Source: Candidatus Gottesmanbacteria bacterium UBA6580 (GTDB lineage Bacteria > Patescibacteriota > Microgenomatia > UBA10105 > UBA927). Taken from it: a stretch of DNA of 64,000 nt. Positions 1-9,251 of the stretch are shown here, one piece after another. Under the pieces are notes generated by a model that was not told the DNA's origin, did not search any database, and worked only from the letters and a program-made list of their open reading frames with translations. The position numbers were made by a program, and so were the translations under genes. The stretch spans positions 575,745 to 639,744 of the forward strand of contig DJJA01000003.1 in the NCBI GenBank assembly GCA_002433895.1, given 5' to 3'. How positions within the stretch are numbered: position 1 is the stretch's first letter; every line of letters starts with the position of its first letter.

Positions 1-1076
1 CTCCCCGGGAGATCACTACGTTTCATAAAAATGTATACAGTCTGTACATCCGCGACAGTAATCTGAGTCCCGACTACAAAGCATCTATGGAGCAGTTCCT
101 CGAGATGTACGAAACAGCATCTGGTGCTGAAAAAATTGACGGGATTATCGCGGTAGACACGCATGTATTGGTGGAAGTGCTCAAGATACTGGGACCCGAA
201 ACTATCGGGGGACGCGTGTTTTCAGCAGATATCGACAAGCGGTGTGACTGTCCACGTGCTGTGTATGAATTGGAAGACTATTCCACACGACCGGTAAATT
301 ATGTGCGAACGGAACGCAAAGATATTATCGGCACACTGCTACAGCAGTTGATGCAGAAAGCGCTCGGAGTTTCGCCATCTCAATATTGGGGAAAATTATT
401 CCAAATGTTCCTCACGGAAGTGGGAGAAAAACATGTACTGGCATATTTCATGGAACCTAATGCCCAAAAGGCGGCAGAGAGTTTCAATATGGCAGGCCGC
501 ATTATGACCGCATCAGAAACAGCGACGCTTCTTTCATACAAAGAGGGGCAAGGATGGGATTATCTCCACATCAGTAATAGCAACATGGCAGGAGCCAAAT
601 CCAATATGTTTGTAAGTGAAGAAGTCACCAAGGACGTGACGGTAAACGGCGATACGGTGACGACCAAACTCACCGTTGAGTATAAAAATCCATACAAAGG
701 CAGTGATTGCGGTCTGGAAAGCGGCGGGCTGTGTCTGAACGCACCTCTCCGGAATTGGGTACGCGTGTTTGTACCGATGGGGAGTAAGCTCGTCGAGAGC
801 AAGGGGGTGATTTCTCCCACCGATGGCAAAGCGAAACCAATGGATACCTTCACCGACTTGGGTAAAACCTATTTCGAAGGATTTTTGATCGTCAATCCGT
901 TGGGAACCGCGCGTATTGAGCTTACTTATACGTCTCCCGTAACGTCCCCGGACGGTAAATATCGATTACTCATCCAAAAACAACCAGGTACTGACGGACA
1001 GGAGTGGCTTATCCGTCTTGGCGGGAAAGACCGCAAAAAGATGACGCTCGATACCGACATAGAGGTTGTCCTCTAA
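1..1076 (+). CDS. DUF4012-domain protein, 5'-truncated by the window edge
   Basis: Frame is open from position 3 (PREITTFHKNVYSLYIRDSNLSPDYKASM...). RDSNLSPD, DGIIAVD, N..GAKSN, WVRVFVP and QKQPGT motifs are typical of DUF4012 proteins. Confidence 0.75.
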   Translation, partial: PREITTFHKNVYSLYIRDSNLSPDYKASMEQFLEMYETASGAEKIDGIIAVDTHVLVEVLKILGPETIGGRVFSADIDKRCDCPRAVYELEDYSTRPVNYVRTERKDIIGTLLQQLMQKALGVSPSQYWGKLFQMFLTEVGEKHVLAYFMEPNAQKAAESFNMAGRIMTASETATLLSYKEGQGWDYLHISNSNMAGAKSNMFVSEEVTKDVTVNGDTVTTKLTVEYKNPYKGSDCGLESGGLCLNAPLRNWVRVFVPMGSKLVESKGVISPTDGKAKPMDTFTDLGKTYFEGFLIVNPLGTARIELTYTSPVTSPDGKYRLLIQKQPGTDGQEWLIRLGGKDRKKMTLDTDIEVVL

Positions 1077-1085
1077 CTATCTTTC

Positions 1086-1658
1086 ATGACTTCCGAACGG
1101 GTATACAAAGCGGAAGGAATAATCCTCAAGCGGAAAAATATCAGCGAAGCTGACCGTATCCTCACTATTTTTACCAAAGAATACGGTAAAATACGCGCAA
1201 TTGCGAAAGGTATCCGGAAAGTTTCGAGCCGCAGAGCTCCTCACCTGGAGGTGTTTACCCGCGTCCGGTTGGTGCTCCACCGCGGGAAAACATTCGAAAA
1301 TATTTCTGAGGTAGAGCCGGTTGCGATATACCAACCCCTTCGTGAGGATTTAACGCGTGTCAGCATGGCCTATTATTTGTGTGAGCTGGTCGATAGTTTG
1401 CTTCCGGAACATCAGGAGCACCGGGACATATTTTTGTTACTATCGGAAGCGCTGTCATCGTTAAGCGCTGAAGATGGGACACGCATATACGAACGCGGTA
1501 AAGCATTTACCCTGGAGACATTGTGGAGCTTAGGATTCTTGCCCCGTACCAAAACGCTCAATGGGGAAAAGCTACAGGCATTTATCGAGACCATTACCGA
1601 ACGAAGGCTCAAAAGTACCCATTTTGCCAAACAACTGATGAACGAGAAGCTCGCTTGA
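1086..1658 (+). CDS. recO: DNA repair protein RecO (short form)
   Basis: GIILKR..SEADRILTIFT...GKIRAIAKGIRK N-terminal OB-fold signature; recO next to glyS is a common synteny. Confidence 0.93.
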   Translation: MTSERVYKAEGIILKRKNISEADRILTIFTKEYGKIRAIAKGIRKVSSRRAPHLEVFTRVRLVLHRGKTFENISEVEPVAIYQPLREDLTRVSMAYYLCELVDSLLPEHQEHRDIFLLLSEALSSLSAEDGTRIYERGKAFTLETLWSLGFLPRTKTLNGEKLQAFIETITERRLKSTHFAKQLMNEKLA

Positions 1659-1684
1659 CAGGGGAAAAGTGAAAAAGGTATCCT
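1655..1684 (+). promoter_or_regulatory. Sigma70-type promoter for the glyS T-box leader
   Basis: TTGACA (1655-1660), 18-bp spacer, TATCCT (1679-1684), about 12 nt before T-box stem I. Confidence 0.6.
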
Positions 1685-1696
1685 TAAAGTACGAAA

Positions 1697-1836
1697 GGCG
1701 ATGATCCCGGGTGGCACCGGATGAGCCAAACATAAATGAAGCAGCTCCGCCGTTTTGGCGGGGAAGTAGGGTGGAACCGTCCTGAGGATATGTCAAAGGA
1801 CCCCTATCACAATTGTATTGTGGTGGGGGATTTTTT
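1697..1836 (+). ncRNA. T-box riboswitch, Gly-specific, ultra-short stem I, no stem II
   Basis: Stem I GGC-GATGA-TC-CCGG[GTGGCA]CCGG-ATGA-GCC with a K-turn-like GA motif and Gly codon GGC at 1713-1715. Stem III CTCCGCC-gtttt-GGCGGGG. Antiterminator AGGG-TGGAACC-GTCC...GGAC-CCCT (1768-1805). Overlapping terminator. Lies upstream of glyS. Confidence 0.9.
1801..1836 (+). terminator. Intrinsic terminator of the glyS T-box
   Basis: 13-bp stem CCCCTATCACAAT/ATTGTGGTGGGGG followed by A-TTTTTT; mutually exclusive with the antiterminator. Confidence 0.88.
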
Positions 1837-1951
1837 ATGAGGTAAGGCGAGCGAATGAATTCATATTCATGAGCATACTGCCACATATGGTTTCGCGCGA
1901 AGCGCATATATAAAAAACGAAACCATAAAAGATAATGAGGAGGATCTACAT

Positions 1952-3328
1952 ATGGTTACCTTAGAACAAATAGCGAGTTTGTGTAAGCGGCGTGGGTTTG
2001 TCTATCCCACGAGCGATATTTATGGCGGCCTTACCAGCTCGTATGATTATGGCCCCATGGGAGCTGAGTTGCTCCGGAACATCAGAGCGCTATGGTGGAA
2101 AACATTTATTCATGAGCGCATTGATATGGTTGGCTTGGATTCACAAATATTGCTCCACCCGGAAACATGGGTCGCGAGCGGACACGTGGGCTCCTTCAAT
2201 GACCCGCTGGTAGAAGACAGTGTCACCAATAAACGGTACCGTGCCGACCACCTTATCGAAGCCTGGCTTACCGGTCACCCTGACCCGGCTATCACCGTAG
2301 AAGACATGACCATCGAACAAATGGCGGATTTTATTGAGACGCATGGGATCGCAAGTCCCGAGGGTAACCCGTTGTCGAAGCCGAAAAAGTTTAATTTGCT
2401 CTTTGAAACGAAGCTCGGTGTGGTGGAGGGCGAAAAGTCACTGCTCTATATGCGTGGGGAGACGGCTCAGGGGATATTTACTAATTTCCGGAATATTGTA
2501 GATTCCAGCAGAGTGCAGTTGCCGTTTGGAGTAGGTCAGATCGGTAAATCATTCCGTAATGAAATTACGACCGGGCAGTTTATTTTCCGGACGATTGAGT
2601 TAGAACAAGCGGAAATAGAGTACTTTTTTGACCCCAACGAGACCGACTGGCAAACGCTGCTTGATTCGTGGAAAGATGCGATGTGGAGCTTTGTGACGAC
2701 AAAAATGGGAGTATCTCCGGATCACCTGCAGTGGCGGAGGCATACCGACAAAGAGCGGAGCCACTATAGTAAAGATACTTTTGACCTGGATTATCAGTTT
2801 CCTTTTGGGTGGAAAGAATTATGGGGCATAGCGTACCGCACGGATTACGATCTGCGGGCGCAAGCAGAACATTCAGGCGTGGATTTGAGCTTTACCAATC
2901 CGCAAACCGGCAAAAAGATAATCCCGCACGTGATAGAGCCCGCGGTAGGAATTAACCGGTTATTCCTCATGGTGCTTGCGGACGCCTATACGCAGGAAGA
3001 AAAGCGGATCGTACTCAAACTGTCGCCCGCGTTATCACCGATCAAGGTGGCTGTATTTCCGTTGGTTGCCAATAAGCCAGACCTAGTCACGAAAGCACGA
3101 GCTGTCTATGAAGAGCTGAAAAAAACCCTCGTGGTTTCTTGGGACGACCGCGGCAATATCGGAAAGCGGTATTTGGCACAAGATGAGGTGGGCACCCCGT
3201 GGTGCGTCACCGTTGATTATGCTACCCTAGAAGATGGAACAGTAACTGTCCGTGACCGGGACACAACCCAACAGGAGCGGATAAAGGTTGCTGACCTTAC
3301 TGCCTACTTTCAGGCAAAATTACTATAA
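1952..3328 (+). CDS. glyS: Glycine--tRNA ligase, alpha2 (homodimeric) type
   Basis: CKRRGFVYP..DIYGG...YDYGPMG, RGETAQGIF, GQIGKSFRNEIT, VIEPAVG and C-terminal anticodon-binding domain (IGKRY..QDEVGTP). GAGGAGG SD upstream. Confidence 0.97.
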   Translation: MVTLEQIASLCKRRGFVYPTSDIYGGLTSSYDYGPMGAELLRNIRALWWKTFIHERIDMVGLDSQILLHPETWVASGHVGSFNDPLVEDSVTNKRYRADHLIEAWLTGHPDPAITVEDMTIEQMADFIETHGIASPEGNPLSKPKKFNLLFETKLGVVEGEKSLLYMRGETAQGIFTNFRNIVDSSRVQLPFGVGQIGKSFRNEITTGQFIFRTIELEQAEIEYFFDPNETDWQTLLDSWKDAMWSFVTTKMGVSPDHLQWRRHTDKERSHYSKDTFDLDYQFPFGWKELWGIAYRTDYDLRAQAEHSGVDLSFTNPQTGKKIIPHVIEPAVGINRLFLMVLADAYTQEEKRIVLKLSPALSPIKVAVFPLVANKPDLVTKARAVYEELKKTLVVSWDDRGNIGKRYLAQDEVGTPWCVTVDYATLEDGTVTVRDRDTTQQERIKVADLTAYFQAKLL

Positions 3329-3340
3329 GGAGGTATACGT

Positions 3341-3820
3341 ATGAATGTACTCATGAAACACAAAATGAAATTACTGTACGGCGGGCTCGTGGTTTTGTTG
3401 CTCATCACGGGGATTATCGTGTACCGGGCAGTAGCTCCGGCTCCTGATCCAGTACCGGTAGAGGAAGAAGAGATAACCGAATTACTTCCAGAGGCGGATC
3501 CGTCGCTTGTGGTGGCGGCTGCTTTTTCGAAGACGAAAGACAATACGGTTGTTTTGAGTGTTGCTAATCTTGCGTCCAAGTACACCACGGTTGGTTATGA
3601 GCTTACCTACGACAGTCAGGGACTGATAAAAGGCGTGAATTCAGGGAGCAAGCCTGTTGAAGTAGCGGGTCAGGATGAATTTGAGCGAGAAGTGTATTTG
3701 GGAACATGTTCCCGAAATGTCTGTAAGCCGGATTTAGGGGTGAGTAAGGTCTCGATAGTGCTTGAATTTACTGACACTACCGGCAAAAAGAGCCAGTTTA
3801 GCAAAGAATTCGATCTTTAA
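3341..3820 (+). CDS. Single-pass membrane/secreted hypothetical protein
   Basis: N-terminal TM helix, Pro/Glu linker, YELTY...GTCS..VC motif; AAGGAGG SD upstream. Confidence 0.75.
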   Translation: MNVLMKHKMKLLYGGLVVLLLITGIIVYRAVAPAPDPVPVEEEEITELLPEADPSLVVAAAFSKTKDNTVVLSVANLASKYTTVGYELTYDSQGLIKGVNSGSKPVEVAGQDEFEREVYLGTCSRNVCKPDLGVSKVSIVLEFTDTTGKKSQFSKEFDL

Positions 3821-4438
3821 TCACCGCGGCAAGCCAACGCTATTCATAATATGCGCTTCAGCGCCGTGTGCAGATGAATACCGCGCGATACTCAGTGATG
3901 TATTGGTAAACCCATATTCATTAACCTGTTCAAGCGGGATATCGAGAAAAACGGCAAAGAAATTCCTGATAAACGATCCGTGGGTAACAATGGCAATGTG
4001 TTTGCCTTCACAGTGCGTGAGCAGGTACCTGATGACCCTTTTTGACCGCGCCGAGACATCGTTAAGACTTTCTCCGTCAGGCGGACGGAACCGGGGATAT
4101 TGCCACATGCGGCCGAGCACTATTTGCGGGTACATGGCGCTTGCTGCTTCATACGATTTTCCTTCAAGAATGCCAAAATTCCGCTCGTGAAGCCCGGTCA
4201 ATTTCTTTAGCGGCGTATTGGCGTGATACCGCTGTATGGCTTGCGCTGTTTGGACGGCGCGTTTAAGCGGAGAAGTGACTACAAGGTCGAGATGGGTTGT
4301 TTTGAGGTAACGAGCAACATTGTCCGCCTGTTGCTTCCCGGCATCGTTAAGCGGGATATCGGAAATTCCCATTAATCGGCCATTTTTGTTCCAGTCTGTT
4401 TGTCCGTGCCGGACAACAAAAAAAGTCGTTGTGCTCAT
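3821..4438 (-). CDS. Histidine phosphatase (phosphoglycerate mutase family)
   Basis: RHGQTDWN, SPLKRAVQTA, ERNFG..EG and VTHG motifs. Confidence 0.92.
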   Translation of the reverse strand: MSTTTFFVVRHGQTDWNKNGRLMGISDIPLNDAGKQQADNVARYLKTTHLDLVVTSPLKRAVQTAQAIQRYHANTPLKKLTGLHERNFGILEGKSYEAASAMYPQIVLGRMWQYPRFRPPDGESLNDVSARSKRVIRYLLTHCEGKHIAIVTHGSFIRNFFAVFLDIPLEQVNEYGFTNTSLSIARYSSAHGAEAHIMNSVGLPR

Positions 4439-4495
4439 AAACGTATTATACCTCGGCTACTGCTCTCGTATGGGAAAAATACTGTGAAATGCTAC

Positions 4496-4550
4496 TTGAC
4501 ATAGCGTGAAAAATGGGTAACTATGGATATTAGTGGGAAGAAGTGGTAGA
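4496..4550 (+). promoter_or_regulatory. dcw promoter with putative MraZ-binding direct repeats
   Basis: TTGACA at 4496-4501; four TGG-core repeats at an exact 10-bp period (4514, 4524, 4534, 4544; ATGGG, ATGGA, GTGGG, GTGGT) directly upstream of mraZ. Confidence 0.7.
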
Positions 4551-4558
4551 TTTAAGGC

Positions 4559-4960
4559 ATGAATTTGTTTTTAGGGGAATATGACCATAGTTTAGACGAT
4601 CGGGCCAGAGTAACGCTCCCACGCAAGATCAGGTCAGAGATAGTGGGCGAGGAAATAGTACTTGCCAGGGGATATGAGGGATGTATTTTCGGATTTGATA
4701 AAGAGAGTTGGGAGAAAGAAGCGGGAAAGCACCTTGACACACCGGTAACTGATGAAAAAGGACGCCAGGTTCGCCGTTACTTGTTTGCGGGGGCACAGAA
4801 AGTGGAAATAGACAAACTAGGCCGCATTTTATTGCCAATCCAGCTCAAAGCACACGGCGCTATCGTCCGCGAAGTAAAAATCATTGGTGCCGGGGACCAT
4901 TTTGAGATATGGGATACCTCAAAATGGAATCAGTACGCTGCCAAGCTCGATACGGTATGA
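4559..4960 (+). CDS. mraZ: Transcriptional regulator MraZ
   Basis: FLGEYDHSLDD..RVTLP and D..GRILLP repeats, IIGAGDHFEIW. Confidence 0.96.
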   Translation: MNLFLGEYDHSLDDRARVTLPRKIRSEIVGEEIVLARGYEGCIFGFDKESWEKEAGKHLDTPVTDEKGRQVRRYLFAGAQKVEIDKLGRILLPIQLKAHGAIVREVKIIGAGDHFEIWDTSKWNQYAAKLDTV

Positions 4961-5832
4961 GTGACACCCATGTATCCGTTTTACGGCAGGAGGCAATAGC
5001 CGCACTTGAAGTAGTGCCGGGGAAGAAATACATCGATGCGACAACAGGAGCTGGTGGACACAGCTTGGCGATTGTAAAAAAAGGAGGCGTACTGCTGGGT
5101 ATAGATCAGGACAAAGAAGCGCTGAGGATAGCGACACGCCGATTAGAACAAGAGCAGCTGAAGCCGGAAAACTGGACATTTACACAGGGAAATTTCCGCA
5201 ACATAGAAACGTTGGCGAATGCGCATGGTTTCAATTTGGTGAGCGGAATATTGTTTGATTTAGGTGTATCGAGTATGCAGTTAGATACACCGGAGCGGGG
5301 ATTTAGTTACAGGTTTACCGATGCTCCTCTGGATTTACGTATGGATACGTCCACTGGAGACACTGCTGCCCAATTGGTAAACCGGGTAACAGCTGAGGAA
5401 CTCTATGACATTTTTAGCTCGTATGGCGAAGAACAGCTGGCTCGGAAACTTGCTGATGCTGTTTACCGCGCCCGTTCGGTAAAACGGATAGTCACGGTCG
5501 GAGACCTCGTTGAAGTGGTGGCATCGGTGGTACCGGGTGAAAGCATGCGGTATGGGGTATTATCGAGAATTTTTCAGGGGTTACGAATTGCGGTCAACGA
5601 TGAATTATCGAGTTTAAAGCTGGGGTTAGAAGGGGCAAAACGGCTATTAGTACCAGGGGGTGTGTTGGCAGTCATCAGTTTTCATTCACTGGAAGATAGG
5701 ATAGTGAAGCAGTTTATGAGACAGGCTGGCTCGCAGGTCATAACAAAACATCCGATCCGGCCTGGAGAGCAGGAACAGGAAGTAAATAGACGTTCACGAA
5801 GCGCAAAATTACGGGTAGCCAAAAAACTATAA
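4957..5832 (+). CDS. rsmH: 16S rRNA m4C1402 methyltransferase RsmH (MraW)
   Basis: HVSVL, DATTGAGGHS, FDLGVSSMQLD..ERGFS, RIAVNDEL, ISFHSLEDRIVK, RSRSAKLR. Start set to the ATG overlapping the mraZ stop. Confidence 0.97.
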   Translation: MSDTHVSVLRQEAIAALEVVPGKKYIDATTGAGGHSLAIVKKGGVLLGIDQDKEALRIATRRLEQEQLKPENWTFTQGNFRNIETLANAHGFNLVSGILFDLGVSSMQLDTPERGFSYRFTDAPLDLRMDTSTGDTAAQLVNRVTAEELYDIFSSYGEEQLARKLADAVYRARSVKRIVTVGDLVEVVASVVPGESMRYGVLSRIFQGLRIAVNDELSSLKLGLEGAKRLLVPGGVLAVISFHSLEDRIVKQFMRQAGSQVITKHPIRPGEQEQEVNRRSRSAKLRVAKKL

Positions 5833-5834
5833 CT

Positions 5835-6128
5835 ATGAAAAACATCGGTAAAATTATCGGCATCATGCTCCCCATTGCCGCATTGGTTATGATAGTTTTA
5901 CAGGTAGTAGTATCAAACGAATTGGCCGGATTAGGAAAACGGCTAGGAGAATTAGACCGGGAAGTCCGGATACAAGCTGACATAAATGAGGCGCTCAAAA
6001 CTGAGGTGGCTTCAGCTTCATCACTATTAACACTCAGGGAACGCGCAGAAAGCCTTGGCTTTGTGGAGCCTACGTCAAAACAGATTATGAACTTGACGCT
6101 CGAAGTGCCGGTGGCATTAGGGTTATAA
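5835..6128 (+). CDS. ftsL: FtsL-like cell division protein
   Basis: TM helix plus coiled coil ending RAESLGFVEP; located between rsmH and the PBP gene. Confidence 0.7.
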   Translation: MKNIGKIIGIMLPIAALVMIVLQVVVSNELAGLGKRLGELDREVRIQADINEALKTEVASASSLLTLRERAESLGFVEPTSKQIMNLTLEVPVALGL

Positions 6129-6193
6129 AATCCTTCGTTTGGCTTACTGGCTGTGCCTCGAAGCAATGCCACGGAGTGTGTTAGGATACATTC

Positions 6194-7876
6194 ATGACCC
6201 CCTCTTGGCGCGCCTCTTTTCTTTTTACCGCTCTTGTTCTCGGGTTTTCCATGCTGATTCTGCGGCTTGTCTATTGGCAGATTATTTCTGCAGACCGCCT
6301 TGGCAAAGCCGCGGCGGGCCAGCATTTTGTCGAGCTTACCGTGCCTGCTTCCCGTGGTGAGCTTATGGACAGGGGAGGGAACCCGATTGTGGTTAATCAA
6401 CCGGCTTTTTTGGTCTATGGCGAACCAAGGAATATAAAAAACGTAACGGAGTTTTCAAAGATTGTCGCTGACGCGCTTTTGTTGGATAAAGACGAACTTG
6501 TGAACAAACTTTCACAACCAAATTTGGTATGGGTGCCGCTCGCCCATAAGGTAGAACTTCCTCAGGTACAGGCACTCCGCGCGTTGGATATTGCGGGGCT
6601 GGGGTTTGAGAAAGAGCCAAAGCGGTTTTATCCCGAGGCATCCATGGCTGCACATTTATTGGGGTTTGTGGGTTCCGATGTAAACGGCGCTGACGTCGGA
6701 TATTTTGGATTAGAGGGTTATTATGACCGCCAATTACGCGGTGTTGACGGAAGTATGCGGCTCGAAAAAGATGCACACGGAGCCCCTATCCTTATAGGAT
6801 CGGAAGAACGCTTACCTCCTGAAGACGGGCGGACACTAACGCTTCACATAGATAAAGCAGCACAGCAACTTGTTGAGCGCAGGTTAAAGGAAGGAATAAC
6901 ACGTTATGGGGCGAAAGAAGGCTCCGTAGTGGTCATGGACCCCCAAACGGGGGGAATTCTTGCTATGGCATCGTTTCCTAATTACGATCCGAGAAATTAC
7001 GCACAATTTGATAAGTCGTTGTACAAAAATCCAATAGTCGGTAGCTCATACGAGCCGGGAAGTACGTTTAAGGCGCTTATTATGGCTGCCGCTATTAATG
7101 AAAAATTGATAACACCCGATACTACAATGGACGAGACAGGGCCGGTGCAGATCGGTCCGTATATGATCAGGACGTGGAATAACGAATATAACGGCAAAAT
7201 ATCAATGACCGAAGTGTTGGAGCACTCATCCAATGTCGGTATGGTGTTTGTGGCACAAAAATTAGGCCGGGAAAAACTCCTTGCGGCCATCCGGAAATTC
7301 GGATTTGGAAAGCTTACGAATATTGATCTTGAAGACGAAGCGTCTCCCGAGCTCCGTCCGGATAAAGATTGGGCAGTCGTGGATGAGTATACGGCCTCGT
7401 TCGGTCAGGGTATCGCCGTCACCCCGATTCAGATGGTCCGCGCATTAGGGGCGCTCGCTAACGGGGGCAAAATGATGGAGCCGCACGTGGTAAAAGAAAT
7501 AAAAGACGCAAAAGGCAAAGTGACCACCGTGCAACCGAAAGTAGTGAACCAGGTGGTGAGTGCGGAAACTGCCCGTATTGTTACGGAAATGATGGTAGCA
7601 GCCGTGGATAATGGTGAGGCGAAATGGGCAAAACCAAAGGGATACCGGGTGGCAGGCAAGACTGGTACCGCGCAAATTCCTGTAGCAGGCCATTACGACG
7701 CCACAAAAACCATCGCATCATTTGTCGGTTTTGCTCCGGCAGATAAGCCCCGGTTCGTCATGCTCGTGACACTCCGGGAACCTACCTCTTCACCGTGGGG
7801 CTCCGAAACCGCCGCGCCACTGTTTTTTATTATCGCCCGGGATCTTTTTACCTATTGGGGTATTCCACCTCAGTAA
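6194..7876 (+). CDS. ftsI: Class B penicillin-binding protein (FtsI/PBP3-like)
   Basis: RG..MDR, RFYP, G..GLE, YEPGSTFK (SxxK), SSN (SxN) and KTGTAQ motifs. Confidence 0.93.
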   Translation: MTPSWRASFLFTALVLGFSMLILRLVYWQIISADRLGKAAAGQHFVELTVPASRGELMDRGGNPIVVNQPAFLVYGEPRNIKNVTEFSKIVADALLLDKDELVNKLSQPNLVWVPLAHKVELPQVQALRALDIAGLGFEKEPKRFYPEASMAAHLLGFVGSDVNGADVGYFGLEGYYDRQLRGVDGSMRLEKDAHGAPILIGSEERLPPEDGRTLTLHIDKAAQQLVERRLKEGITRYGAKEGSVVVMDPQTGGILAMASFPNYDPRNYAQFDKSLYKNPIVGSSYEPGSTFKALIMAAAINEKLITPDTTMDETGPVQIGPYMIRTWNNEYNGKISMTEVLEHSSNVGMVFVAQKLGREKLLAAIRKFGFGKLTNIDLEDEASPELRPDKDWAVVDEYTASFGQGIAVTPIQMVRALGALANGGKMMEPHVVKEIKDAKGKVTTVQPKVVNQVVSAETARIVTEMMVAAVDNGEAKWAKPKGYRVAGKTGTAQIPVAGHYDATKTIASFVGFAPADKPRFVMLVTLREPTSSPWGSETAAPLFFIIARDLFTYWGIPPQ

Positions 7877-7882
7877 CATAGA

Positions 7883-8002
7883 GCGCTGACCACTTTGGGA
7901 CAAAACCTACGGTTTTTTCCCAACGATTTTCCCTTCAAAGGAAGGATAATAGACCGGGCTTTCTCAGGCGCTGACCACTTTGGGACAAAACCTACGGTTT
8001 TT
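7883..8002. repeat. Two identical 35-bp direct repeats separated by 50 bp
   Basis: GCGCTGACCACTTTGGGACAAAACCTACGGTTTTT at 7883-7917 and 7968-8002; internal hairpin AAAACC-TAC-GGTTTT. Confidence 0.95.
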
Positions 8003-8066
8003 CGGATATTTCTTTCCGGGGCATGTCACTTTGCTCTTGTTAGCGTATTTTAGTTATAATAGACGC

Positions 8067-9245
8067 ATGCTACGAAGCCTCAAAGGGCTCTATCATCTAT
8101 TGGTGGCGATTGTCGCCAACATTTGGTTCCGGTTTCCCAGTCGGGACCTGACGGTCATCGGTATAACCGGCACGGATGGAAAAACTACGACCACGACGCT
8201 TATTTATGAAATTCTCCGTCAGGCGGGGGTAAAAGCGTCTTCTATTACATCGGTGCATGCCACTATAGCCGGGCGCGAGTACGATACGGGATTTCATGTG
8301 ACCACACCTTCTGCGTGGTGGGTACAAAAATATCTGCGGGAAGCGGTTGATCATGGCGATACCCATATGGTGCTTGAGGTGACCTCGCACGCCCTGTCGC
8401 AATCCCGGGTGTTTGGTGTGCAGTTTGAAGTAGGCGTTATTACGAACGTGACGCATGAACATCTCGACTGGCACTCGACATTTGAAAATTATCTCCGTAC
8501 AAAACTCACACTACTCCGCCAGGCAAAAATTGCGGTGGTAAACCGTGATGAAGCGGATTTGTACGTCGCGAGCCTGCCGTATTTATCATATAAGCGTTAT
8601 TTTACCTACGGTATCCGCCGGGATAGCATGGTCAACCCCATAACGTCAGTGCTCCGCCTGAAGTTACCTGGAGAATTTAACCGTTACAACGCGCTCGCAG
8701 CATTGGCCGCTTCTGAGGCATTAGGTATCGATAAACGTAAGGCAATAAAAACATTAAATAATTTTTCCGGCATTGTCGGAAGGATGGAAGTGATACAGAC
8801 AAAGCCGTTTACCGTTATTGTTGATTTTGCGCATACGCCGAACGCCCTGATGAAAGCACTCGCCGCGGCACGTACGATGACCAAAAAACGGTTGATCCAT
8901 GTCTTTGGCAGCGCGGGTCTTCGTGACCGGACAAAGCGGCCGCTCATGGGCGAAGCCTCTGCAGCGTTTGCTGACTGTATTGTGTTGACTGAGGAAGATT
9001 ACCGGACGGAGGATGTTAACCGTATTATTGATGCGATTATGGAGGGAATTCCGAAGGGGAAAGAAGTGTACCGCGAAACCGATCGGAAAACAGCACTCAT
9101 GACGGCAATTGGTATGGCAAAGCCAGGTGATCTGGTCATCGTGACCGGAAAAGGCCACGAAAAAAGTCTGTGCCGGGGTAGCCGCGAGTACCCGTGGAGC
9201 GATCAGAAGGAAATTAAAAAGATATTGCGAAAGGTACGGGTTTAA
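8067..9245 (+). CDS. murE: UDP-MurNAc-tripeptide synthetase MurE
   Basis: GITGTDGKTTT, TTP, EVTSH, TNVTHEHLDWH, GRME, VDFAHTP, G.RDRTKRPLMG, GKGHE. Start moved to ATG 8067. Confidence 0.92.
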   Translation: MLRSLKGLYHLLVAIVANIWFRFPSRDLTVIGITGTDGKTTTTTLIYEILRQAGVKASSITSVHATIAGREYDTGFHVTTPSAWWVQKYLREAVDHGDTHMVLEVTSHALSQSRVFGVQFEVGVITNVTHEHLDWHSTFENYLRTKLTLLRQAKIAVVNRDEADLYVASLPYLSYKRYFTYGIRRDSMVNPITSVLRLKLPGEFNRYNALAALAASEALGIDKRKAIKTLNNFSGIVGRMEVIQTKPFTVIVDFAHTPNALMKALAAARTMTKKRLIHVFGSAGLRDRTKRPLMGEASAAFADCIVLTEEDYRTEDVNRIIDAIMEGIPKGKEVYRETDRKTALMTAIGMAKPGDLVIVTGKGHEKSLCRGSREYPWSDQKEIKKILRKVRV

Positions 9246-9251
9246 TAAAAT

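Noticed and set aside
7883-8002. CRISPR array
   Set aside because: Only two repeats, a long 50-bp spacer and no cas genes in the window; kept as a plain direct repeat.
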